A stretch of 64,000 nt of DNA, taken from Planctomycetota bacterium. GTDB taxonomy: Bacteria; Planctomycetota; GCA-002687715; CAIWVZ01. The translations under genes were made by a program, and so were the position numbers. Shown here piece by piece: positions 1 to 10,378 of this stretch. The notes under the pieces were generated by a model that was not told where the DNA came from, did not search any database, and was given only the letters and a program-made list of their open reading frames with translations. Position 1 is the stretch's first letter. Each line of letters starts with the position of its first letter. The DNA is taken from contig JBGANV010000003.1 of assembly GCA_044222185.1 (NCBI GenBank), positions 704,001 to 768,000 on the forward strand, read 5' to 3'.

Positions 1-912
1 GGTATCGCCGAGGGCGACGAAGACGCCCTCACCGTCCGTCACGACGACCGAACGCGGAGCCAGAGGACAATCCACTCCCGTCAGGCGCACGAAGACGCCT
101 TGAGCCATTTGCCCGCGTTCGTCGACGACGCGGCCCGACAGGAGGACCGGCCGCTCGCGCAGCACGACCGTGCCGACATCGCGGCCCTGGGCCCAATCGA
201 CCCGCGCCACGTCGACGATCCCGAAGCGATCGACCTCGCGCACCATCGGCGGATGCATGGCGTGGTGCCGCAGTTCGAGTTCGATGCGCGCCGGCGGCGC
301 CTCTCCAGGAGCCAGGACGTCAGCCATGGGAATCACCACGCGCCCCGTGGCGTCGCTGCGGGCGAATTGCGGCCGTGACTCGATCGGGCGATTCGGAGCC
401 GACGGATCGACGGTGATCGCCACCTCGCAGTCCGCGAGCGGCCGGCGGTCGTCGTCCACGAGCGTTGCGCCGATCGCCGGCGCTGCGTTCTCCCGGGGCA
501 TGACGACCGCTCGAGAATCGGGCCTCGCCACTTCGATCGTCGTCACGGACGAGAGGGCCGTGTCCACGTCGATGCCCTTCGATACGGAACCGCAGCCGGC
601 CACCGTGACGCGGATCGCCCCGCGGGCCGGCAACTCGAACGGATCGCCTTCGAGCGGAATCGTGAACACGCCGTCCGCCGTGGGCGGCGGCGCCGTGTCC
701 GCCCCAGCCGCATTTCGCAGGATGAGTTCGACTCGTGCTGCCGTCACGGGAGCGCCCGCCTGATCGACGAGTCGAACACGAATCACTGGCGTCGTCGGCC
801 GCATCGTCGCAATCGGAGACTGCGGCACCGCGACGACAGCCCGCGCATGCGCCGTCGCAGCCAGGCCGATCGACACGATGGTGAAGAGCCTCAAAGACGC
901 CCGAACCATCAT
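1..912 (-). CDS. Secreted carboxypeptidase regulatory-like domain protein (partial, runs off the left edge)
   Basis: Not in the ORF track. Manual minus-strand translation from ATG 912 gives MMVRASLRLFTIVSIGLAATAHA (signal peptide), then IRVRLVDQAGAPVTAARVEL and SGRVVDERGQMAQGVFVRL, typical of this repeat. Confidence 0.8.
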   Translation of the reverse strand, partial: MMVRASLRLFTIVSIGLAATAHARAVVAVPQSPIATMRPTTPVIRVRLVDQAGAPVTAARVELILRNAAGADTAPPPTADGVFTIPLEGDPFELPARGAIRVTVAGCGSVSKGIDVDTALSSVTTIEVARPDSRAVVMPRENAAPAIGATLVDDDRRPLADCEVAITVDPSAPNRPIESRPQFARSDATGRVVIPMADVLAPGEAPPARIELELRHHAMHPPMVREVDRFGIVDVARVDWAQGRDVGTVVLRERPVLLSGRVVDERGQMAQGVFVRLTGVDCPLAPRSVVVTDGEGVFVALGDT

Positions 913-993
913 GCGCGAGAGTCTACAGGCAAGCGCGCGCCGCTGTCCAACTCAGGCAACGCGGGGACGCCGGCGGGTCTCCCGCCGCGCCGA

Positions 994-1410
994 TCACTCC
1001 GCAGCGCCCTTTCTCGTCGGCTCCACGACGCGGAACGCCTCCTGCTCGGCCGCCTCTGCGAGGCGGTCGTCCAGCGTGACGAATCCAAACGCCTCAGGCC
1101 GATCGCTGACGAGCGTGAGGGCCGCAGCGAGCGGCAATGCGTCTGCGGCACGCCGCCGGCGCACGGCACCGATGTCGGACAGTTCCGTCCAGTCATCAGA
1201 CAGCTGAACCAACGGACGCCGGGCCGCGGTGATGTCCGGCGATCGCAACGCGCCTTCACAGCGTTTCCTGGCGACCGCTGACCACACCTCGACGGACGTC
1301 AGGCCCCAGACCACAACTTCATGGTCGGCTTCGGACTCCTGTTGGACGACCTTGGTCATCGGTTCCCTGACGACCAACGGCACCAACGCCGAGGAATCCC
1401 AGAACCTCAT
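994..1410 (-). CDS. vapC: VapC-family PIN-domain toxin, possibly degenerate
   Basis: MRFWDSSALVPL...RAADAL.LAAAL...FVTLDDRL motifs; start overlaps the antitoxin stop. Confidence 0.85.
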   Translation of the reverse strand: MRFWDSSALVPLVVREPMTKVVQQESEADHEVVVWGLTSVEVWSAVARKRCEGALRSPDITAARRPLVQLSDDWTELSDIGAVRRRRAADALPLAAALTLVSDRPEAFGFVTLDDRLAEAAEQEAFRVVEPTRKGAAE

Positions 1411-1712
1411 CGACCACCTCGCCGCTCATCGAGCAACGCATCAAGCGCGCCGGTCGGCTTCGCCCCGGGTGGGCGCCTCTTGGCGATGTCACGGACCCCT
1501 TTCATGGGACCAACACGAACGACACCGGCGCGGCGCAGCTTCTCGAGCCACTCGGGAGTCGTACGCGCACCATCCGTCGCCACGGGCCCGACGGGCACCA
1601 ACCGCGCGACAGGTGTGCGACGATCGAGGATCTCGACGGTCTCGCCGTGCTTCACCGCCTCCAGGAACCCTCGCAGTCTGGCGCGCAGCATCGTCACATT
1701 CGTCGACTTCAC
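1407..1712 (-). CDS. Phd/YefM-family antitoxin
   Basis: 3' part of the 1407..3269 ORF: (V)KSTNVTMLRARLRGFLEAVKHGETVEILDRRTPVARLVP...LDALLDERRGGR. GTG start at 1712 is inferred. Confidence 0.85.
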   Translation of the reverse strand: MKSTNVTMLRARLRGFLEAVKHGETVEILDRRTPVARLVPVGPVATDGARTTPEWLEKLRRAGVVRVGPMKGVRDIAKRRPPGAKPTGALDALLDERRGGR

Positions 1713-1862
1713 GATGGACGCATCGTACGGAATCGGAGCGTACATTCGTGCGGTGGCTTGCCTGACCAAACCACAGACCACCGGCACCATGCCGGCGCAC
1801 GTTCGAATTCCACCGGAGTTCTCCGGAAGCGCGGCGTCCGCCCCCGCTGATACGCTGCGCGC

Positions 1863-3299
1863 GTGTTGAACGATCCTGAACTCCTCTATCGCAAGCTGCT
1901 CGATCGCGATCCCGAAAGCGACGGCACGTTCTACGTCGGCGTGAAGACGACGGGGATCTACTGCCGGCCGACGTGCACGGCGAAGAAGCCGCGGCGCGAG
2001 AACGTGGAGTTCTTCCCGAACGTGACGGACGCGTGTCGCGCCGGCTTCCGCGCCTGCAAGCGGTGCAAGCCTGACGCCTTCGCCGCCGGGTCCGATGCGC
2101 GTGCATCCGAGATGGATGCGCTGGGCGCGGCCCTCGCCGAGCGGCCGCACGAATTCCGCACGTCGGCGCAGATGCGTGCGTTCACGGGTCTGGCAGCGTC
2201 GCAACTGCACGCCTTGGTGCGCGAGCACTGGCACACGACGCCGTCCGAACTCGCGCGGCGTGCCCGGGTACATCGGGCGATGCATCTGTGGCGCGAACGC
2301 CGCCTGCGAGCGAAAGACGCGGCGTTCGCCGTGGGGTTCGAGTCCGCATCCACGTTCCACGCGGCGCTCAAGCGGCTCACGGGACTCACGCCGGCGGCCG
2401 CGGAGAAGCTGGGCGCCGCTCCCAGATTCCGCATCGAGCTCCCGGCGACGCTGTGCGTGCAGGCGATCCTCGACGTGCTGGGGCGCGATCCGTTCGAGGC
2501 GACGGAGCGCGTGCGAGGCTCGATCTGGACCACGGGCACCTGGATCGGCGATCGGCCCGCACGCCTGCGCGTGGAGTTCCGCGCCCGAATGGCGCTCTGC
2601 GAGATCGAATCGGACGAGACGCTCCCCTGGAGCGCCGCCTACGACGCCCAGGCTCTCGTGACGCGCGTCCTCGGATTCGAGCAGGATCCACAGCGGTTCG
2701 AGCGCGACACGATCCGCGGACCCCACCGCGAGCTGATCCGCACGCGCGGCCTCGTGGCGCCCCAAAGCCAGACGACCTTCGACGGCGTCCTGCGCACGAT
2801 CGTCGGCCAGCAGGTGAACCTGAAGTTCGCGGCAGAGCTGCGCCGCGTCATCTGCGAGCTGGCGTCTCCCGAGGTCGGCGATGGACTTCGCGCGCCGCCC
2901 CGTGCCGAGGACGTGGCGAAGCTCGACCTCGGCGATCTCACGTCGCGGAAGTTCTCCGGGGCCAAGGCCCGCTTCGTCGTCGAGGCTGCCCGCCGCTTCG
3001 CGACGCGCGCATTCGACGACGAGGCGTTCACGCGTGTCGGAGCCGTCACCGCGGCCAATCGCCTGCGAAAGATCTCCGGGCTCGGACCGTGGTCCATCGG
3101 GTATCTCCTCTTGCGAACCCGCGGCTTCGTCGACTCGGTGCCCGTGGGTGACTCGTCGCTCGCGAGCGCATTGCAGAAACTCTTCCGTCTGGACACGCGC
3201 CCGGACGGTCCACGCACCTTCGAGCTCCTCGAGCCGTTCCGCCCCTGGCGCGGCCTCGCCACCACGCACCTGTGGAGATACGACCGGGAGGTCCCATGA
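1863..3299 (+). CDS. alkA: Ada Zn-binding/AraC regulator fused to AlkA DNA-3-methyladenine glycosylase
   Basis: GVKTTGIYCRPTC...GFRACKRC Ada metal site; AraC HTH (AFAVGFESASTF); HhH-GPD region (IVGQQV, ISGLGPWS, PVGD, PFRPWRG). Confidence 0.93.
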   Translation: MLNDPELLYRKLLDRDPESDGTFYVGVKTTGIYCRPTCTAKKPRRENVEFFPNVTDACRAGFRACKRCKPDAFAAGSDARASEMDALGAALAERPHEFRTSAQMRAFTGLAASQLHALVREHWHTTPSELARRARVHRAMHLWRERRLRAKDAAFAVGFESASTFHAALKRLTGLTPAAAEKLGAAPRFRIELPATLCVQAILDVLGRDPFEATERVRGSIWTTGTWIGDRPARLRVEFRARMALCEIESDETLPWSAAYDAQALVTRVLGFEQDPQRFERDTIRGPHRELIRTRGLVAPQSQTTFDGVLRTIVGQQVNLKFAAELRRVICELASPEVGDGLRAPPRAEDVAKLDLGDLTSRKFSGAKARFVVEAARRFATRAFDDEAFTRVGAVTAANRLRKISGLGPWSIGYLLLRTRGFVDSVPVGDSSLASALQKLFRLDTRPDGPRTFELLEPFRPWRGLATTHLWRYDREVP

Positions 3300-3799
3300 G
3301 CCGTTTTCACAACGTCATCCAGTCCCCCATCGGCCCCATCACGACCGTCGTCGATGCGACGGAAGCGCTGGTCGCGATCTCGTTCGGAGGCGTGGCGCCG
3401 ACGGAGATCGGTGAACACGACGCGCGACGCACCGGCGCCGTGGACGCACAACTGGCCGAGTACTTCGCCGGGCAACGACGCCGCTTCGACCTGCGGTTCG
3501 CCGAGCTCGGCACGCCGTTCCAGCGGCGCGTGTGGGACGCGCTCTGCGAGATCCCCTTCGGCGAAACGCGCAGCTACTTGGACATCGCGCGCCGGATCGG
3601 ATCGCCGGATGCCGTCCGCGCCGTCGGCCAGGCGAACGGCCGCAACCCGCGCGGCATCGTCGTTCCGTGCCACCGGGTCATCGGATCGAACGGCACGCTG
3701 ACGGGCTACGCGGGCGGATTGTCCACGAAGGACGCGCTGCTCCGCTTCGAGCGCACGGGCTCGATCGCCGAGCCGTCGCTCTTCGGAGCGGCGTGCTGA
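3296..3799 (+). CDS. ogt: Methylated-DNA--protein-cysteine methyltransferase
   Basis: GTPFQRRVW...IPFGETRSY...RAVGQANGRN...VPCHRVIG active site; ATGA overlap with the upstream gene. Confidence 0.95.
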   Translation: MSRFHNVIQSPIGPITTVVDATEALVAISFGGVAPTEIGEHDARRTGAVDAQLAEYFAGQRRRFDLRFAELGTPFQRRVWDALCEIPFGETRSYLDIARRIGSPDAVRAVGQANGRNPRGIVVPCHRVIGSNGTLTGYAGGLSTKDALLRFERTGSIAEPSLFGAAC

Positions 3800-3809
3800 G
3801 TCGCGGGCC

Positions 3810-6800
3810 TCAGAACGTGCGGACGCGGATCGCGCGCAGATGCACGGACGTGGTGCTGCGTGCGTGGAGCTGGAATCCAAAGACGCCCTCGCGGGCTCCG
3901 TTCTGGTCGTCCATCTCCGACATCACGACGCCGTTCACTTCGACTCGGATTCGCGACCCGCGCGCGTCGACGACGTAGTGGTTCCAGCGATGCAGTCGCA
4001 CCTCGGGCTTCCACAATTCGGGAGGCGCGAGGTGCAGCATGCCGCGTCCGCCCTCCTCGTACAGCGACCCCCAATAGGCCTCGCCCACGTCGGCCTGATA
4101 TCCCATCACGCGGAACCCATCGCGCTTCGACCGGAACTGCAGGCCGCTGTTGCCCTCGTCGAGAAGCACGTCGAACTCGGCGATGAAGTCCCGGTATGAC
4201 TCCTTCGAGACGAGGAACGTGCTCAGCGGCTGCCCGTTCGCGAGGCCGTGGATCGTCGAGCCCTCGATCGTCCACAGGCCCGGCTCGCCATCCCAGCCGT
4301 CGAGCGTCTTCCCGTCGAAGAGCGTGCGCCACTGAGTTGCGGCAGGGAGCGGCGTCGGCTTGCCCGCGTTGAGGAACGCGAAGAGGTCGCCGATCTCCTC
4401 GAGGGTCAGCCCGTCGAGGAGACCCTCGGGCATCACCGACACGGTCGATGGTTTCTCCTCCTCGATCGCCTCGCGCGCAATCTTCGTCCGCTCGCCGGTC
4501 GGAAGCAGGAGTTCGATCCCGGCGTCCGTCCGACCGACGACGAGCCCGGAGACGACTGGGTCGTCCTTCCGGAAGACGTTGATCGGACGGTACTGGTCGG
4601 CGATCGTCCGCGACGGCTCCATGACGGCGACGAGCTGATCGTCGATCGAGAACCGGGCACGCACCGTCGCCAGATCGGGACCGACGGCCGTGCCGATGTC
4701 GCCGATGCGGTGGCACGCGGCACAGGTCCGCTTGAACACGAGCGCGCCTTCGGCGGTCGATCGTCGCTCGGCGGAGAGGGTCCGCCGGAGCATCTTGAGC
4801 GTGAGGTCGAAGTCGCGCTTCGGAGACCCCGCCGCCAGTTCGACACGCAGGCTCGGCGTCGCCGACGCAATGGCTTTGTCCAGCTCCGCCCGCAACTCGG
4901 GGCGGATGTGCGACGCGAAGTCACGACGGATCGCGGCCAGGTGGCCTCCGAAGCTCGCGCCGCCGGACCAGGTCGCGGCTACGGAATGCCACCGGATGAA
5001 CCGGCGCGCCCGCTCGTCGTTCCAGTTGCGATCGAGCAACCGCAGGCAGTAGGCGATGCGGATCTGATCCTCGTGCGACGGCAGCGAATCGAGCATGCCG
5101 AGGAGCGCGTCGATGGCTTGCGGATCACCCTCCGTTCCGAGGGACGACGACCACGCTTCCGCCATGGCGCGCAGTTCAGCCTGTTCGATGACGAGTTCAC
5201 GGCGATCGGGCGAGCGGATCGCCGGTGCGCCGAGTGCGACGCCGATGGCCTTGTCGTGAATCGCCGCGAGTTCCCAGAACCGCAGCCTCTCGGCATCGCT
5301 GGCGACGGTCGCATCCGTGACGGGAGCCTGCCAGAGCGCCACGGTCTCGGTCCACGACTCGGGCGACGACGCTCCACCGATCGACCGGCGAGCGAGCGCG
5401 ATCATGGCTCCGAACTTCTGCCGCTCGGTCCGCCAGCTCCGCGAGGCGGGATTCCATTGGGCCGGGTCGCGCCGTTCCAGTTCGCGGCCCGCGAGGAAGC
5501 GCGTGGCCCGGTCGGCGTCATCGAGCCCGAGGAGGAGCGCCTCGATGGGCGTGGAGCCATCGAAGGGAGCCTTCCAGGGCACGGCTTGCGCCACGGGCGC
5601 CCGCCCCTTCTCGTCGGGTGCGGCCGCGTGGAGGCGGAACAGCGCGCCCCGTGTCCCTCGACCACCGGTCGTGAACAGGACGTCGCCGTTGTCGTCGATC
5701 ACGAGGTCCGTCACGTTCAGCGGACGCCCCGAGAGCAGGACCTCGTGATCGCCGGTGAAGCTCGCGCCCGTCGGTCGGACGAAGAACGCCAGGATGCGCC
5801 CCTGCGCCCAGTCCCCCGCGAGGATCGAACCGCGGAAGCGCTGCGGCACGTTGGGGCCATCCCACGTCGCCATGCCGGTCGGCGATCCGCGGCCCACGTC
5901 GACGACGCTGCCGAGCGAGTCCGGATACCAGTCAGGCCATTTCCCGGACCCGTTGCGCCAGCCGAATTCCGCGCCGGGCATCGCATGGCAGAGCCGCACC
6001 GGGCGATACCAGGGCAAACCGATGTCCCACTCCATGTCCGAGTCGTAGGTGAAGCACGCCCCGTCGGACGTGAACGCGAGGTCGTAGGTGTTGCGGAACC
6101 CGCCCGAGATGATCCGCCACTCCTTGCCCTCGCGATCGACGGAGGCGATGACGCCGCCGGGTGCGAGGATTCCCACGGCATGGCCGTTGGGATCGGGAAG
6201 CGGGGGCACGACGTTTCCTTCGTAGGCGATCCGGTATGGCGAATCCGGGCTGATGGGCCCGGCGATCCGCACGTGGTTTCCGACGGCGACCCAGAGTCGA
6301 TCGTCGGGCCCTTCGACGATGGCATGCGCGCCGTGCTCGCCCATCTCCCCCGTGTAGGCGCCGAGCAGGACGGGCGTGCGCGCCGTGCCCTCGCCGTCGA
6401 CGCGATACAAACCCGGGCCGGCCGGTCCGCGGCCATTGACGAACAGATGGCCCTTCGACCAGCAGAGGCCCTGCGCCGACCACCCGCCGGTGAGCCACGG
6501 CGTCCGAGTTTCGAACACGCCGTCGCGATCGCGGTCCTCGAGGAGGATCACTCCGCCGCGCTCGATCGCCACGAACACGCCGCCGGCATCGTTTCGGCAG
6601 CACGCGATGATCGATCCGATCCCGGAGGCGATCTCCGTCACCGTGTAGCCCGGGGGCGGATCGAAGGCGGGCGGTTCTTGCGGCGGCGCTGCAGCGACCG
6701 AGCCCCACGGCCCGCCGCCGAACTTCGCGATCTCACGCGCCGGAGCCCAGCCGGACTCGTCCGCATCGGTTTCGAGCCAGCGCGGGGTCTCTTTCGATGA

Positions 6801-7235
6801 CGTGAGCCACGCTCGATCACTGACGACGGTGGGTTTGGCATCCGAGTCGAGACGAAGCGCGAACGCCAGCCCCGCGGGTCCGCCGTCGTTCGCCGCCCTG
6901 ACGCAGATCACGTTCCGGCCGGCGCGCAGCTTCCCGGCGACGTCGACCGACGGTGGAGCCATCCAGTCGTCACAGACGACCACGGGCGAGCCGTTGATCC
7001 AGACCTCGCCGCGATTGTCCGCGGCGACGACGAGCATCGCCTTCGTTGGAACGGTCCCGAGATCGAGGGTTCGCCGGAACCAGCAGGCTTCATCGCTCGG
7101 GCGCGTGAGATCCTTCGCCCACGATCCCCAGATCCACTGAGTTCCGTTCAAGGACTGCGCGCGCCCAGAGGTCGCCAGCGACAAACCGAGGAGGGCGATC
7201 TGAACGACGCGGAACGCTTGGGATTTCGGCTTCAC
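3810..7235 (-). CDS. PVC-type multidomain heme-binding protein: carbohydrate-binding-like N-domain, sugar-dehydrogenase-like beta-propeller, helical repeats, cytochrome c, DUF1080
   Basis: Signal peptide; WIW...WFRRTLDL...ADNRGEVWING...GGPAGL; GEHGAH, GFRNTYD, YDSDMEWDIGLPWYRP; CAACH with GPDL and SVMPEGL; C-terminal LFDGKTLDGW...GNSGLQFRS...GYQAD...WNHY...FQLH. Confidence 0.85.
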   Translation of the reverse strand: MKPKSQAFRVVQIALLGLSLATSGRAQSLNGTQWIWGSWAKDLTRPSDEACWFRRTLDLGTVPTKAMLVVAADNRGEVWINGSPVVVCDDWMAPPSVDVAGKLRAGRNVICVRAANDGGPAGLAFALRLDSDAKPTVVSDRAWLTSSKETPRWLETDADESGWAPAREIAKFGGGPWGSVAAAPPQEPPAFDPPPGYTVTEIASGIGSIIACCRNDAGGVFVAIERGGVILLEDRDRDGVFETRTPWLTGGWSAQGLCWSKGHLFVNGRGPAGPGLYRVDGEGTARTPVLLGAYTGEMGEHGAHAIVEGPDDRLWVAVGNHVRIAGPISPDSPYRIAYEGNVVPPLPDPNGHAVGILAPGGVIASVDREGKEWRIISGGFRNTYDLAFTSDGACFTYDSDMEWDIGLPWYRPVRLCHAMPGAEFGWRNGSGKWPDWYPDSLGSVVDVGRGSPTGMATWDGPNVPQRFRGSILAGDWAQGRILAFFVRPTGASFTGDHEVLLSGRPLNVTDLVIDDNGDVLFTTGGRGTRGALFRLHAAAPDEKGRAPVAQAVPWKAPFDGSTPIEALLLGLDDADRATRFLAGRELERRDPAQWNPASRSWRTERQKFGAMIALARRSIGGASSPESWTETVALWQAPVTDATVASDAERLRFWELAAIHDKAIGVALGAPAIRSPDRRELVIEQAELRAMAEAWSSSLGTEGDPQAIDALLGMLDSLPSHEDQIRIAYCLRLLDRNWNDERARRFIRWHSVAATWSGGASFGGHLAAIRRDFASHIRPELRAELDKAIASATPSLRVELAAGSPKRDFDLTLKMLRRTLSAERRSTAEGALVFKRTCAACHRIGDIGTAVGPDLATVRARFSIDDQLVAVMEPSRTIADQYRPINVFRKDDPVVSGLVVGRTDAGIELLLPTGERTKIAREAIEEEKPSTVSVMPEGLLDGLTLEEIGDLFAFLNAGKPTPLPAATQWRTLFDGKTLDGWDGEPGLWTIEGSTIHGLANGQPLSTFLVSKESYRDFIAEFDVLLDEGNSGLQFRSKRDGFRVMGYQADVGEAYWGSLYEEGGRGMLHLAPPELWKPEVRLHRWNHYVVDARGSRIRVEVNGVVMSEMDDQNGAREGVFGFQLHARSTTSVHLRAIRVRTF

Positions 7236-7461
7236 TCGATTGACTCGCGGTCGCGCATGACGACCCGGCCTTGTACTCGCACGCGGCTCGGCCGCAACGC
7301 GCGACGGCTGGAATCGCCGTCGAACCGGGTGCCAGGTTTCGGTGAAGCGAGAACGTCGGCCGCACTCGGGCCGTCAATCGGGTCTGTCGATTCGCGTGCG
7401 CGGGGAACCGTGGGTCAGATGCCCGCGGACGCCCGGCCGAAGTGCGATCGGTCCGGAACCG

Positions 7462-9060
7462 TCACTTTCGCGCGGTCGCGCGGCGACCGCACCACGCCGG
7501 GAGGCCGGGCCCCGGTTTGTTCGCAGGGCTCGCGCCGAGCACGATCGCCCAGCAGGCGGTCGTCCAGACTTCGCCGACGGAGACGTCGGTGTTCGTGCCC
7601 ATGCTGATCGTCTCGTGCCACGGCCGCGGCTGCAGCGATCCGTCGGGGGCGCGCGCGAGGATCAGGTCGTTCTGCACGGCCGTCCAGTACTTCTTCTCGG
7701 GCTCGCCGCCGAGAGCTTGCGCGGCGACGCCAGCGAGGAGGATGTGCTGCATCAAGCTCGCGTGTCCGCCGAGGACGTCGTCGATGTGATGCGTGACGTA
7801 GCTCTTCATGCGCTCGTGGAACGGCCGCTCCGTGAGCCCCAGGTTGACGTAGCCGAGCCACGCGCCCGCGCTCCGACCGATGTTGCCGATGCCCTGCTGG
7901 CCCTGCATGGTCGAGTACCCGACGCCGCCGTCGCCGCTGGACGACGCCTCGACGTATTCGGCCGCCTTCTTCACGAGAGCCTCGTCGATCTTGCAGCCGG
8001 CCTGCTTCGCGAGTCCGACCGCGTTGAGCGTGAGCGCCGCCATGATGTTGAGCTCGACGTAACCGAGCGCGTTCTTCGTCTCGCCGGGGCCGTGGCCCCA
8101 ACCGCCGGATTGCACCTGGCTCTTCTGGAGGAACGTCGCCGCGTCCTGGAGTCGCGCGCGCACCGATTCCGATGGCTGCCGCGCGTGGAGTTCACCGAGG
8201 AAGATGCCGGCGTGTGCCCAGCCCCAGTTGTCCTGGTTCCAGTTGGGTCCGTCCTTGGGCATCATGCGGTCGGCAGCACTCTTCGCGTCCACGTTCTTCG
8301 TGACGAAGGAGAGTGCCTTCTTCAGGGCATCGCCCTGTTTGCCCTGTCCCGGCAGGTTTCCAGCCGCAAGCCACGCGAGGCCCGCGAGACTGGCCTGCAC
8401 CACGGCGCCTCCGGTCGCGTTCAGCGTCTCCGGATATCCGCCGTCGCCGGTCTGTCGCGTCGCGAGCCACGCCAGGGCCGCGGCCTGGACACGCGCACGG
8501 GCAGCCGGCTTCGCCATGTCCGCCAGGTCCTTGCCGACCGCCGGCACGCTCACCGTGACGACGCGCGTCTTGCCTGCGGCCTCGACGGTGAGCGCCACCT
8601 TGCCGACGCCCTGGCCGGATTCCGCCTTCACGAGTGCCTGCGCGAGTGCGGGCATGGACGACTTCTCGAAGTTCGCGCCGTTCACACCGACGACGACGTC
8701 GCCGACCTTCAGCCCGGCCTTCGCAGCGGGTCCATCGGGAAGGAGGCACTCGACCCGAAGCTTGACCGGCCCCTCGTCGGCCTTCGGGTCGTCCGCGCCC
8801 GTGGACACGATGCGCCGCGTGCCATTCGTCGGCGCGGCTGGTGGCGGAGCGGCCGCATCGCTGGCCTTTGCGCCGAGGAGTCCCAGGTTCCACAGGTCGC
8901 GGCCTTCGCGCATCGACATGGGATCGCCGTTCGCCGGTGTGGCGAACGGCCACTTGGGTCCGCCCTGTGCCTGCGCGTGGGACGGCGTGACCAATGCGAC
9001 GACGGCAGCCAACGACAAAAGGGCCCGCGCGAGCGGAGTACGTGCGACGGCATGGCTCAT
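7462..9060 (-). CDS. Secreted PDZ + DUF6288-like (prenyltransferase-like alpha/alpha toroid) protein
   Basis: WNLGLLGAK; PDZ motif PDGPAAKAGLKVGDVVVGVNG; QTGDGGY, NWGWAHAGIFLGE, QSGGWGH, GGVGYS repeats. Confidence 0.75.
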   Translation of the reverse strand: MSHAVARTPLARALLSLAAVVALVTPSHAQAQGGPKWPFATPANGDPMSMREGRDLWNLGLLGAKASDAAAPPPAAPTNGTRRIVSTGADDPKADEGPVKLRVECLLPDGPAAKAGLKVGDVVVGVNGANFEKSSMPALAQALVKAESGQGVGKVALTVEAAGKTRVVTVSVPAVGKDLADMAKPAARARVQAAALAWLATRQTGDGGYPETLNATGGAVVQASLAGLAWLAAGNLPGQGKQGDALKKALSFVTKNVDAKSAADRMMPKDGPNWNQDNWGWAHAGIFLGELHARQPSESVRARLQDAATFLQKSQVQSGGWGHGPGETKNALGYVELNIMAALTLNAVGLAKQAGCKIDEALVKKAAEYVEASSSGDGGVGYSTMQGQQGIGNIGRSAGAWLGYVNLGLTERPFHERMKSYVTHHIDDVLGGHASLMQHILLAGVAAQALGGEPEKKYWTAVQNDLILARAPDGSLQPRPWHETISMGTNTDVSVGEVWTTACWAIVLGASPANKPGPGLPAWCGRRATARK

Positions 9061-9176
9061 GGGAGTTGAGCCGCCGGCCTGGGATGGGGTTCAGCGTCCG
9101 CAGGGGCGGCCGCGAGACGATACACGGTTTCCGCCGGATCCGGACGACACCCAAGCTCCGCGCGCGCCCGCGAGCG

Positions 9177-10097
9177 TCACTTCCGGAGCGCGAGCACCCA
9201 GCGCTGCCATTCCTTCTGGAACGCGTCCAAGTCCTGCTGCTTCAACACGCTCTTCAGCGTTTCGATGCCCGTGGGGTCGGACTTGCGGTTTTCGAGGCAG
9301 CTCTTCCAGTACGCGTGGAGCAGGCCCTTCTCCTGGAGGAAGTAGAGCAGGTAGCGGGACTGGGCGTAGTTGTCCCCGCGCTTCTCGGCGTAGAACGCGT
9401 CGTTCGCGAGCGAGAACACGTCCTTGAAGCTCGGCAGGCGCCCGGCGTTGATCTCGCGCTTCAATCCCTTCAGGCGCCAGTTGACGAGTCCGACGATCTT
9501 CCCGTCGCGTTCCGCCGACTGCTCGAACAGCGAGGCCAGGCCTTCGTTGAGCCACGCGGGGCAGGTCGGATAGACGGCCCGGACGAAGGGGTGAACGATC
9601 TCGTGGACGAGCGTCCCCCGCCCCGTGGAGATGTTCATGATCAGTGCCTTGTGCGTCGGCGAGTAGTAGCCGAACGGCGTGTCGGGGTCGTCCCCGAAGA
9701 TCTCCTTCGCGTGGCTTCGGTAGCTCTGATCGTCCTTGAACAGCCAGATCTCGATGAGTTCGTTCGGTTCCGCCGAGAAGAACTCGCTCTTCAGATGGTT
9801 CACGGCCCAGCGGACGGCGTAGACGGCGTGGGATTCGACCGACTGGGTTGGCTCGTCGCCGAGGACGACGAAGGGCGGTTCGACGATGACCGTGAAACCC
9901 TTGGGCCCGAAGTGCGCGCGCAGGTCAGCGGCCCGCTTGTCGAGGTCCGTGACGGTCGGCGGCGAGCGCCGGGACTCGGCCCGGTGCGGAGTCGGCACCG
10001 GCCGAGTGTCAGTCGGTGCCCGTCGCGCGGCGCTGAACGTCATCGTCCAGAGCGAGGCGGAGATCACGACGGACAAGAGCACCCTGAGTAGGGTCAT
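9177..10097 (-). CDS. Secreted gluzincin-type metallopeptidase-like protein
   Basis: TLVHEIVH...PAWLNEGLASLFE...YAQS motif set; start MTLLRVLL at 10097 is inferred. Confidence 0.75.
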   Translation of the reverse strand: MTLLRVLLSVVISASLWTMTFSAARRAPTDTRPVPTPHRAESRRSPPTVTDLDKRAADLRAHFGPKGFTVIVEPPFVVLGDEPTQSVESHAVYAVRWAVNHLKSEFFSAEPNELIEIWLFKDDQSYRSHAKEIFGDDPDTPFGYYSPTHKALIMNISTGRGTLVHEIVHPFVRAVYPTCPAWLNEGLASLFEQSAERDGKIVGLVNWRLKGLKREINAGRLPSFKDVFSLANDAFYAEKRGDNYAQSRYLLYFLQEKGLLHAYWKSCLENRKSDPTGIETLKSVLKQQDLDAFQKEWQRWVLALRK

Positions 10098-10378
10098 GGA
10101 GGTCCATCCGGGTGGCCGGGCGGCGGCGAGGGTACCACAACGTGCCTGACGTTTTCGCCGCGGGCGGGTCACAGAACGGCGGCACGCGGGCGTCGTGCCG
10201 CGCACCTCGGCCGGATGAAGGACGCGAGAAGCCGCCGCCGGAACGCCATGAGGATCCGCACGACCGGGTGCGGCGCGCCTTGGCCGGCCTCGCCGACGCT
10301 GAGAACATCCCCGGCCATCGGCTTCTGGCCAAAGTCCCGCGATCGCGGGGGTTTCCATCGACGCCCGCGGCAACGCGC

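Noticed and set aside
1713-3269. 620-aa ORF as a giant antitoxin fusion
   Set aside because: Only the last ~100 codons resemble Phd/YefM; the rest is the antisense shadow of ada-alkA.
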